Of a DNA stretch of 64,000 nt, positions 1 to 8,361 are shown piece by piece. The DNA comes from Pseudomonadota bacterium (GTDB lineage Bacteria > Pseudomonadota > Alphaproteobacteria > Rhodobacterales > Rhodobacteraceae): the NCBI GenBank assembly GCA_039184865.1, contig JBCDAV010000014.1, forward strand, positions 21,549-85,548, in the 5' to 3' direction. The notes beneath the pieces were generated by a model, which was given only the letters and a program-made list of their open reading frames with translations, searched no databases and had not been told where the DNA came from. The translations under genes and the position numbers were made by a program. The stretch's first letter is position 1; each line of letters starts with the position of its first letter.

Positions 1-198
1 TGAACCGGGCACTGCGACGCATGACGGGATCGGTTCGCGGATATCACTCATCCGGTCAGCGATCCGACGCGGCATGGCGGCGTGATCGCACGTTCCGGGT
101 GGCCGGGTATGGTTAACCGCGACATGGTGCTGTCGCAGCGCGACCCTCAGGCGCCAAACCGATGCCATCATACGCCCGTCGAAAGGAAATTCCGCCGC

Positions 199-1122
199 AT
201 GACCGCCAGCCCGCCTCCCCCGCAGATGTCCGGACGCGCATGGTTCGAGCTGGCGCTGCTTTCGCTGCTCTGGGGTGGTTCGTTTCTGTCGATTGCGATC
301 GCCTTGCGGGAAATCGGACCGTTCACTGCCGTTCTGCACAGGGTCGGGTGGGCCTGCGTCCTGCTCTGGATCGTCGTTCTGGTGCGCGGCCTGCGCCCGC
401 CGGGTGAGCTTCGGGTCTGGGGTGCTTTTCTGATCATGGGATGCCTGAACAACGTCATCCCGTTCTCGCTGATGAGCTGGGGGCAACTTCATGTCGAAAG
501 CGGTCTCGTGAGCATATTCAACGCGATGACCGCGCCGCTCGGCGTTCTCGTCGCGGCAATGCTGTTGCGTGACGAGCGCCTCACGCCGCGCCGTCTCGGC
601 GGCGTGCTGCTGGCGTTCGCCGGGGCCTGCGTGATCATCGGCATCGACAATCTCGGCACGCTCGACCTGCGGGCGCTCGGCCAATGGGCGGTGATCGCCG
701 GTGCGCTATCCTATGCGTTTGCAAGCAGTTGGGCGAAGATCACCCTGCGCGGGATCGATCCGATGGTCGCGGCGGCCGGCATGCTCACGGGCTCGACCCT
801 CGTCATGTTTCCCTCGGCGGTCGTGCTCGAGGGCTGGCCGAGCCTTTCGCTGTCCGTGGCGACCTGGGGGTCTATAGGATACTACGCAGTTTTCGCGACG
901 GCGGCGGCCTATCTGCTGTACTACCGAGTTCTCCGCATGGCCGGTGCGGGCAATCTGATGCTCTGCACCTTGCTGATCCCGCCCGTTGCGATCCTGCTCG
1001 GCTGGGCCGTTCTCGACGAGCGCCTGCCGACGTCGGCATTCGCCGGATTCGCACTGATCGCCAGCGGGTTGATCATCATCGACGGCAGAATTTTCAGGCT
1101 GGCCCGCATGCGCACTGCCTAA
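199..1122 (+). CDS. DMT/EamA family inner-membrane transporter
   Basis: About 10 hydrophobic helices in two EamA-like repeats (LSLLWGGSF...; LLIPPVAILLGWAVLDE). Start moved from 82 to the in-frame ATG at 199, which follows an AAGGA-type sequence. Confidence 0.9.
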   Translation: MTASPPPPQMSGRAWFELALLSLLWGGSFLSIAIALREIGPFTAVLHRVGWACVLLWIVVLVRGLRPPGELRVWGAFLIMGCLNNVIPFSLMSWGQLHVESGLVSIFNAMTAPLGVLVAAMLLRDERLTPRRLGGVLLAFAGACVIIGIDNLGTLDLRALGQWAVIAGALSYAFASSWAKITLRGIDPMVAAAGMLTGSTLVMFPSAVVLEGWPSLSLSVATWGSIGYYAVFATAAAYLLYYRVLRMAGAGNLMLCTLLIPPVAILLGWAVLDERLPTSAFAGFALIASGLIIIDGRIFRLARMRTA

Positions 1123-1141
1123 ACGGGCCAGGTGCAGGACC

Positions 1142-2044
1142 TTAGCCGGAGCCTTCGTCGCGCAGCAATTGCCGGAACCATCGGTTGCGCATCGAGGCAT
1201 CCATCCGTCGATGCCAGATGAGATCGTGCGAAACCGCGGGCATCCGGACCGGAACGGCGCATGTCTCGAACCCGGCAAAGACCGAACTCGTCAGATCCGA
1301 CTGGAACGTCGCAACCATGGGCGTTCCGCGCATCAGTTCGGCAAGGGCATGCATGTCGGGCGCCGTGACTGCAATATGGCGTTCATGCCCCGCACGCTCC
1401 AACGCAAGCGTCACGTTGCTCTTGCGCGATCCGCCAAAGTCCAGGGCCGCGTGCGGCGCCGCGCTGTAGCTCTCGATCGTGTCTGGCGCCGTCCTCTGGG
1501 CCGGATCGTAGAAGCAGACCAGCTGGTCGATTGAAAACACCTCGGCGACGAGCGAGGCCGCATAGGCCGCGGCTCCGACCGACAGGACGAGATCCGCCTC
1601 ACCGGTGTCGAGAAGCCGCTCGATCCGGCTCCGCGACCCGAGTTCGAGGAAACGGACCGGCATCGACGGCGCGACACGCGCAAGCGTTCTCTGCAACCGC
1701 TTCAACAGGGGCAGATGTTCGGCCGTGTTCGTCGCCAGCGAAAACGGCCGCGTATCTGTCGCCGGATCATAGGAGATGTCTGCCGTCAGCCCTTCGAGCC
1801 CGGCGACGAGCGTGCGCACGCGATCCGCCACGCCGATAGCGTGATCCGTCGGCGTGATCCCCTTGCCGAGCTTCACGAACAGCGGATCGCCCAGGCTTTT
1901 GCGCAGCCGGTCGAGGTGGTGGCTGGCCGTCGACTGGTTCATTCTCATGCGATCCGCAGCCTCGCTGACCGAGCCGGAATCGAGGATTGCGAGGAAGAGC
2001 TTAAGTTGGCGCCCGTCGAGTTGGAGCGTATCGAATTTCTGCAT
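1142..2044 (-). CDS. LysR family transcriptional regulator
   Basis: N-terminal LysR HTH (LKLFLAILDSGSVSEAADRMRMNQSTASHHLDRLRKSLGDPLF) plus substrate-binding domain; 300 aa; divergent from the 2095/2667 genes. Confidence 0.95.
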   Translation of the reverse strand: MQKFDTLQLDGRQLKLFLAILDSGSVSEAADRMRMNQSTASHHLDRLRKSLGDPLFVKLGKGITPTDHAIGVADRVRTLVAGLEGLTADISYDPATDTRPFSLATNTAEHLPLLKRLQRTLARVAPSMPVRFLELGSRSRIERLLDTGEADLVLSVGAAAYAASLVAEVFSIDQLVCFYDPAQRTAPDTIESYSAAPHAALDFGGSRKSNVTLALERAGHERHIAVTAPDMHALAELMRGTPMVATFQSDLTSSVFAGFETCAVPVRMPAVSHDLIWHRRMDASMRNRWFRQLLRDEGSG

Positions 2045-2094
2045 GGTAGATATGTCTCACATCGATTGCTTCAATTCAAACTTCTGATACGGTT

Positions 2095-2559
2095 TTGCGC
2101 GTGGGGGATTTTCAGAAAGATGTTCCGTGCGTCGAAGACGCTCAGGCTGCTGCCCGGCCGGTGCCGATCAGCACGGCGGGATTTGCGGTGCCGAACTACC
2201 TCCTGATTGCCGGTGGCGCGCCCGCGGGCCGGGCGCCGCTCGTCCAGGCAGCCGAGCGGCGCGGATGGTTCGTTCAGACCTGCGGCACCGGCGGCGAACT
2301 GGCCGCGCGCATTGCGCAAATGCCGAGCGGCGGCATTCTCGTCCTCGACACCTCGATCGTCGCGGAGCCCGAGGGCATCGAACGGCTCGCCGGACTGGCC
2401 GATCTGCCGGCGCTGCCGCGCCTGCATCTCATCTCCGATGAAATCGACACCAGCGCACTGGTCGCCCGAGAGATTTGCGTCGCCGCCGGGATCGAGGTCC
2501 ATGACACACTGGTCAGACCGATACCCGCGCCGATCATCGATCAGTTGCTCGGCACCTGA
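2095..2559 (+). CDS. Hypothetical protein, degenerate stand-alone receiver (REC)-like domain
   Basis: Pattern LLIAG...GILVLDTSIVAEPEGIERL...LHLIS...DTLVRPI follows the beta/alpha order of receiver domains. TTG start uncertain. Confidence 0.5.
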   Translation: MRVGDFQKDVPCVEDAQAAARPVPISTAGFAVPNYLLIAGGAPAGRAPLVQAAERRGWFVQTCGTGGELAARIAQMPSGGILVLDTSIVAEPEGIERLAGLADLPALPRLHLISDEIDTSALVAREICVAAGIEVHDTLVRPIPAPIIDQLLGT

Positions 2560-2666
2560 CGCCACGCGATAGAGTTATCACGCTCCTGCACGGGCTGCGT
2601 CGCCACGGGCTTGCCGACGCCGCGCGCGCTTCATAACCTCGCGGTTCGGATCATGGGAGGTTCGCG

Positions 2667-4382
2667 ATGCTCGACGGACAGGACACCGACGCCCGCGCGC
2701 TGGTGCAAAATTGGCTCGACCGGTTCGATGCGGGCCGGACCTCCGGTTCTGTCAGTGATCTCTTCGTGGCCGATTGCCACTGGCGCGATCTGGTCGCGCT
2801 GACCGGAGAGATCCGGACGCGCAGCGGCCGTGACGGCGTCGCGCAACTCCCTGAGTTGCTGTCCGCTGCTGGCGCGACGCGTCTCGTGCCGCATCCCGGC
2901 ATGGTCCCGCCCCAGCGCGTCGCCCGCGCCGGGGAGACTGTCATCGAGGCAGCGATTGCTTTCGAGACGGATCATGCGAGCTGCAACGGCGTCGTCCGTC
3001 TGCTGCCGGATGGCCGCGCCTGGACTCTGTCGACAGCGATCGATGCGCTGCGGATGCCCGAGCAACCCGAGGAACCGGCCTACGCCAAGGATGTCCGCGC
3101 ACCGAACTGGCTGGACAATCGCGAGGCCGAGCGCGCCTATGCCGACCGGGACCCGACCGTGCTCGTGGTCGGCGGCGGCCATGCCGGGATCACCATCGCC
3201 GCCCGGATGCGCGAACTGGGCATCGACACGCTGATAGTCGACCGCGAGACGCGCATCGGCGACAACTGGCGTCTGCGCTACCACAACCTGAAGCTCCACA
3301 ACCAGATCGGCGTGAACCACATGCCGTATCTGCCGTTCCCGAAGACCTGGCCGCGCTACATCCCGAAGGACATGATTGCCAACTGGCTGGAGTTCTACGT
3401 CGAGGCGCTGGAGCTCAATTTCTGGACCGAGACCTCGTTCGAGGGCGCCGACTGGGACGAGGCCAACCGCCGCTGGACTGCCCGCCTGAAACTTGCCGAC
3501 GGCACGATCCGCGAGATGCGCCCGCATCACATCGTCATGGCAGCCTCGGTCAGTGCGGTGAAAAAACTGCCCGATATTCCCTCGCTGGCGAACTTCGAGG
3601 GCGTGAAACTGCACTCCTCGGAATTCGAGGTCGGTTCGGAATGGCGGAACAGGCCGGTCATGGTGCTCGGCACCGGCACCTCGTCGCACGACATTTCGCA
3701 ACACCTGCATGCGCACGGTGCCCACGTCACGATGGTCCAGCGCTCACCGACCATGGTGGTCAGTGTCGAGCCAACGGCGCAACTCTATGACGGGCTCTAC
3801 CTCGGCGACGGCCCGACGCTCGACGAGCGCGATCTGGTCAATTCCTCGTTCACGCTCGACCTGATAAAGCGCGCCCACAAGATCCTGACCGAGGAGGTCA
3901 AGCAGATCGACCGCGAGACTCTGGAAGGTCTCGAGCGCGCCGGGTTTGAACTGGAATACGGCGAGGACGGCACCGGCTGGCCGCTGAAGTACCGGACGCG
4001 CGGCGGCGGGTACTACTTCAACATCGGATGCTCCGAACTGATCATCGACGGCGAGATCGACCTGATCCAACATCGCGACATCGACGAGTACATCGCCACT
4101 GGGGTCCGGATGAAGGACGGGACCGAGCGCCCGGCCGAACTGGTCGTCATGGCCACGGGTTACGAGGGCCAGGGCTATCTGCTGAGGCAACTGTTCGGCG
4201 AAGAGATCACCGAACGCGCGGGTCAGGTCTGGGGCTTCCGCGAAGACGGCGAGATGTCGAACATGTGGACCCGCACCGGCCAGCCCGGCCTCTGGTTCAC
4301 TGCAGGCGCGTTCTCGCAATGCCGGATCTACTCCAAGTATCTCGGCTTCCAGATCGCGCTGGACGAGATGGCACGCGAGTGA
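2667..4382 (+). CDS. Flavin-containing monooxygenase (type II FMO-like) with N-terminal SnoaL/NTF2-like extension
   Basis: GGGHAG FAD motif, FEGVKLHSSEF FMO fingerprint, GTGTSS second Rossmann motif, ATGY motif; GGAGG RBS upstream. Confidence 0.9.
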   Translation: MLDGQDTDARALVQNWLDRFDAGRTSGSVSDLFVADCHWRDLVALTGEIRTRSGRDGVAQLPELLSAAGATRLVPHPGMVPPQRVARAGETVIEAAIAFETDHASCNGVVRLLPDGRAWTLSTAIDALRMPEQPEEPAYAKDVRAPNWLDNREAERAYADRDPTVLVVGGGHAGITIAARMRELGIDTLIVDRETRIGDNWRLRYHNLKLHNQIGVNHMPYLPFPKTWPRYIPKDMIANWLEFYVEALELNFWTETSFEGADWDEANRRWTARLKLADGTIREMRPHHIVMAASVSAVKKLPDIPSLANFEGVKLHSSEFEVGSEWRNRPVMVLGTGTSSHDISQHLHAHGAHVTMVQRSPTMVVSVEPTAQLYDGLYLGDGPTLDERDLVNSSFTLDLIKRAHKILTEEVKQIDRETLEGLERAGFELEYGEDGTGWPLKYRTRGGGYYFNIGCSELIIDGEIDLIQHRDIDEYIATGVRMKDGTERPAELVVMATGYEGQGYLLRQLFGEEITERAGQVWGFREDGEMSNMWTRTGQPGLWFTAGAFSQCRIYSKYLGFQIALDEMARE

Positions 4383-4500
4383 CGGCGAACGAGCAAGCGC
4401 CGACCCGGCTCGCAGGCTGAAGTCGCATGACCGCGCCGCCCAAGGCACGGGCGGTGACCCACCTGTGAGTACTCGTTCCGAACCCGCAGGAGAAGATCAC

Positions 4501-4848
4501 ATGATGCGAATGCCTGAAGACTTTCGCACGGACCGCGAACACCTGCTATCGTTGGCCAATTCTATCGAGGGAGGACCTTGCGTGGACAGGACAGGAAAAC
4601 AGGGCTGGCGCGGGCTCGACATCACCAGCCTGCTGATCGGTGCCGGCGTGGCGTTCGTCATAAGCTGGTCGGGCCAGACCATCGCCGCCGATGACGGCGA
4701 CAGGACCCTTGCCGTGCAGGGATTTCTCTATGCGATCAGCGAACTGGCCATCGACACCGAGGTCAACGCGTCGCGGATCGTCGACCTCGATGATCGCCTG
4801 GACGCGCTTGAGGCAAAACTGGCCGAACTCATCAAGAAGGACGAATAG
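4501..4848 (+). CDS. Hypothetical protein with one hydrophobic segment and C-terminal coiled coil
   Basis: AGGAG RBS before ATG 4501; hydrophobic ITSLLIGAGVAFVISW; heptad-like tail RIVDLDDRLDALEAKLAELIKK. Confidence 0.55.
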   Translation: MMRMPEDFRTDREHLLSLANSIEGGPCVDRTGKQGWRGLDITSLLIGAGVAFVISWSGQTIAADDGDRTLAVQGFLYAISELAIDTEVNASRIVDLDDRLDALEAKLAELIKKDE

Positions 4849-4854
4849 GCGTCG

Positions 4855-6126
4855 CTAGGGTTTCGACTTGATCGTCTCGAGCTTCCGCTTTGCGGCGACC
4901 ACCCAGGAATCGGAAGAATCGAGCTTGCTCAGGTTGGCCTCGATCTGCGCCAGCAGTTCGTCGGCATTGTCGATCCGCGCGACCGTGTCGCGTCCGGTCT
5001 TGTTCCCGAACACGCCGAGTTCGGCGAAGAACGATATGCCGAAGTAATAGGCCTCTCCCACCGTGCCGTATGGCCCCGGGTCGAACTCGCCCCGGTCATT
5101 GATCGACAGGGCGAGCGCCCGCGTGCCGAGAAGGAACAGCGTCGCCCGCGCGTAGGACCGTGACGACGGCGCCAGTTCGTCCCAGGTCAGATTGATGATC
5201 CGCGCCACGTCATATGCGTGGTGGTTGTTCTGCGTGCCGCCGGTGTTCCAGCCATAGGGGTACTTGACCCGCCGTATCGCCCCGGTCGTCGCGGCGATGC
5301 CGCCGAGGTTCGGGACGTCTCCCCCGCGGTAGGACAGGATGTGGAACGTCATGCTGAGGTCGTTGGTCTTCTTGATCCCGTCGGATGTCTTGAACCACGC
5401 GCCCCAGTAGCCGGTCTCGGGATCCTGCCACTCGTTATCGACGAAGTCCGAGAGCGCCTGGGCGAGCGCGTCACGGTCCAGTTCGGCAGGGAAAACCGAC
5501 GCCGTGTAGTCGAGCCAGAGGAGTTGCCCCAGCGCCGTGACAGCGAGGTTCAGTTCCTTCCTGCGGTTCAATCCGGATTTGACGTCCGAGACCAGCAGGT
5601 CCTGCATCAGGCCCCGGATCTCTTCCGCGCTGTCGACGGGCTCCCAAATCTTGAGCGGAACTTCCGGGGTCTCACCGCGCTTGGCGATTTCCTTCAGCGG
5701 ATCGACGCTTGAGAAGAACCGCCAGATCCAGGTCTCGTAACACGGCCCGAACGAACCGTCTTTCGGATCCTGGCGCGCCGCAAACGACTGATCGGCGACC
5801 TCAAGACTTTCGCGCAGGTCTTCGATCCGGCGCTCGATCCGCTCCGGCTCGCTCGTGTAGTTCACCAGCCAATGCGCTTCCTTGAAGATCTGCGCCGAGC
5901 AGACGAGATTTTCGCCACCGGCCATGCGTTCATGAAGCTGGTGCTGAAGCTGGTTGAGCGCGGGGCGGTACGTCCGGTTCATGCGCTTCTTGGCGGGGAA
6001 TTTCGGGATGTAGCTTTCGACCCGGTTGAGACGGATCTCGAGTTGCGCCTCCGCTACCGGCGCCCATGCCGCAACCAGCACGAACAGCGAAACAGCGAGC
6101 CATGCACACGGTCTTTTTTTCGACAT
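4855..6126 (-). CDS. Secreted hypothetical protein, probable alpha/alpha toroid fold
   Basis: Sec signal peptide (MSKKRPCAWLAVSLFVLVAAWAPVAEA); helical, aromatic-rich, with QDPKDGSFG and WQDPETGYWG motifs; ordinary protein composition unlike the shadow ORFs. Confidence 0.8.
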   Translation of the reverse strand: MSKKRPCAWLAVSLFVLVAAWAPVAEAQLEIRLNRVESYIPKFPAKKRMNRTYRPALNQLQHQLHERMAGGENLVCSAQIFKEAHWLVNYTSEPERIERRIEDLRESLEVADQSFAARQDPKDGSFGPCYETWIWRFFSSVDPLKEIAKRGETPEVPLKIWEPVDSAEEIRGLMQDLLVSDVKSGLNRRKELNLAVTALGQLLWLDYTASVFPAELDRDALAQALSDFVDNEWQDPETGYWGAWFKTSDGIKKTNDLSMTFHILSYRGGDVPNLGGIAATTGAIRRVKYPYGWNTGGTQNNHHAYDVARIINLTWDELAPSSRSYARATLFLLGTRALALSINDRGEFDPGPYGTVGEAYYFGISFFAELGVFGNKTGRDTVARIDNADELLAQIEANLSKLDSSDSWVVAAKRKLETIKSKP

Positions 6127-6201
6127 CGCGCTTCACCCGGCGTGTTGCTAAGGTCCTCTCCAGCTACTGATAGTCGATATCTGCGAGGCCGAAAACTCGA
6201 T

Positions 6202-8253
6202 ATGCGTCAACTTCTCGTCACGACCCTGCTGCTCGGATTTCTGCTGCCGTCGCTTGCAAGCGGATCGACTGTCTTCGTCGCGTACGATTCCGCCGAGCCG
6301 CCATTCGAGCGTGACATGAGCGCCTGTCCGGAGAGCGCGGTCGATGGCGTCTACGGCTTTGTCGGAGAGCGCCGGGTCTGTGCCGATGGCCTGACGACGG
6401 ACCTGCGCGCGATCGAAGCGGTGGTGGATGGGCAGACCGACGAGATCGTCCTGCTGACGAGCCGTCCCGCCGAGAAGACAGTGTATCGCGCGACTGAGCG
6501 GCGCGAACCGATCCTTTCGTTGGTCAACATCATCCGCGGCCGTCCGCTGATCATTCGCGGCCAATCGGATGCAGAGGGTCAGCCGCTGGTCTGGCTCGAA
6601 GGTCTCGACCTGACGGACACCGTCTGCGACCCCGAACGGGTGCACGATCTGGCGGCATGCAGGGCCGGCAGACCCTCGGAGAGCGACGCGCCCGTCACCA
6701 AGAACCTCGATCGCCGGTATGAACTCACCAGCCTCGCCCTGATCGAGCACGCAGCCGTAACCCGCGCGATCCGAACCGCCGACACGTCGCTGGCGGCGGT
6801 CAGCACGAAAGGTCCGCGCAGTTACTGCATCCGGATGCGTCAGGTCGCGTCGATCTCGATCGAGGATCTCGGTTTCCAGGACTGCTGGATCGCCGCGATC
6901 GCCCTGATCAACGCGCGCGATGTGTCCGTGCGTCGCGCACGGATCCACGGATCGACCTTCGGCGTGCTCGCACTCGCCACGGGCGGCATGGAACTCGGCG
7001 CCCACACCTACCGCGTCGAGGACAGCGTTTGGCTCCAGAGCCCGAGCGCCTATCGACCGGATGCCGAGCCCTGCCGGGACCCCCATCTCAACCTCGAATG
7101 CGCGGTCGACGTCTGGCACGATGTTCCCTGGGGCGTCACGCACCATCACCTCTGGCGGGTTCTGAACGGCGCGCTGTTCGGCTCATACAACATCGCCGGG
7201 AACGTCCTGATCTCCGGCAATCTGATCGAGCGCGCCTATAACGGCGTGCGCATGATCTCGGATCTGCCGGGCACGGGCCGCAACGTCGAGATCCGCGACA
7301 ACCGCTTCCGTTTCGTGCGCGACAACGCGGTCGAACCCGAAACCCACGCCGACGGCTGGGTGATCAAGAACAACGTTTTCGACCATGTGCACGCGTGGAT
7401 CGCCAGCGACGGCGTGCGCGGGGGGTCGATGTACGTGTTCGGGAATGTCGGGTTCTACGACGCCGAAAACCTGTCGGGACAAACCTGCCGCGACGATGTC
7501 GACTGGTCGATCTCGCCGAGATTCCACGGGATGGCGAGCGATGACGGCCACTACAGGCTGGTCGATATCGCCTATGATCCGACCTCGGTGACCTGCGACG
7601 GCCACCGACGCGGCGTCGTCCTGAAGGGCGGAGACAAGCGCAAGTCCGAGTTCCCGTACATGGACTGGATCTCGATCTTCAACAACAGCTGGCGCACGCG
7701 TTCGCCGCTGTTCTCGGGCAAGCACGCGGCACCGCTGTCGCATTTCAACAACGCGGTTGCCTTCACCGGATGCGGTCTGGACGGACCGGATGCCTGCCGT
7801 CAGGTTCCGGCACCTGAGCAATACTGCCGGGCGGGCAACAAGCGCACCCGCGGGCGAGTGGCGCTCTCACAGTTCTGGACGGCCGACGACGCGGCACTGG
7901 TGGCCGATTGCTTCACCTTCACGCCCGGCCCTGCCGAACCCGACGACCGGGTCGATGACCTGAGAGCCGTGAGTCACCGGTTCTGCCGCGATGTCTTCGA
8001 TCGCGAGATCGACAGCCTTCCGTACCCCCACGGGTCATGCGATCGATCGGTGGTGGCGGGCTTGTTCGCGGATGGAAAGGGTCTCGACGCGCCCCAGCAG
8101 ATAGCTGGATGCACGCCGGTCGTGAGCGACGGCCGGGTTGAACCCAATTGCGAACGGGGCGGCACCTTGGTCGGCGCCGTTCAGGAAGACGGGTCACTCT
8201 TCGACATGGAAATCCGAGGTGCCGGTTTTCTCGGTGATGCTTTCATGCCGTAG
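6202..8253 (+). CDS. Secreted right-handed parallel beta-helix (pectin lyase-like) protein
   Basis: Signal peptide MRQLLVTTLLLGFLLPSLASG at in-frame ATG 6202 (the track start at 5872 overlaps the opposite-strand gene); Asn-ladder coils NVLISGNLIE, NVEIRDNRF, WVIKNNVF, ISIFNNSW. Confidence 0.8.
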   Translation: MRQLLVTTLLLGFLLPSLASGSTVFVAYDSAEPPFERDMSACPESAVDGVYGFVGERRVCADGLTTDLRAIEAVVDGQTDEIVLLTSRPAEKTVYRATERREPILSLVNIIRGRPLIIRGQSDAEGQPLVWLEGLDLTDTVCDPERVHDLAACRAGRPSESDAPVTKNLDRRYELTSLALIEHAAVTRAIRTADTSLAAVSTKGPRSYCIRMRQVASISIEDLGFQDCWIAAIALINARDVSVRRARIHGSTFGVLALATGGMELGAHTYRVEDSVWLQSPSAYRPDAEPCRDPHLNLECAVDVWHDVPWGVTHHHLWRVLNGALFGSYNIAGNVLISGNLIERAYNGVRMISDLPGTGRNVEIRDNRFRFVRDNAVEPETHADGWVIKNNVFDHVHAWIASDGVRGGSMYVFGNVGFYDAENLSGQTCRDDVDWSISPRFHGMASDDGHYRLVDIAYDPTSVTCDGHRRGVVLKGGDKRKSEFPYMDWISIFNNSWRTRSPLFSGKHAAPLSHFNNAVAFTGCGLDGPDACRQVPAPEQYCRAGNKRTRGRVALSQFWTADDAALVADCFTFTPGPAEPDDRVDDLRAVSHRFCRDVFDREIDSLPYPHGSCDRSVVAGLFADGKGLDAPQQIAGCTPVVSDGRVEPNCERGGTLVGAVQEDGSLFDMEIRGAGFLGDAFMP

Positions 8254-8361
8254 GACCATGAAACACCGCAGGTTCGCCTCGCTCTGCGCGGCAAAGGTTA
8301 ATCCGGCGAATGGGCCCCAGACATAACGCAAGCTCGTTCTCCGCGTTCTCTGGTTTGTCCC

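Noticed and set aside
1-198. Possible 5' end of a - strand gene running off the left edge (ATG at 51 or 75)
   Set aside because: Only 17-25 codons are visible with no recognisable motif; cannot be supported.
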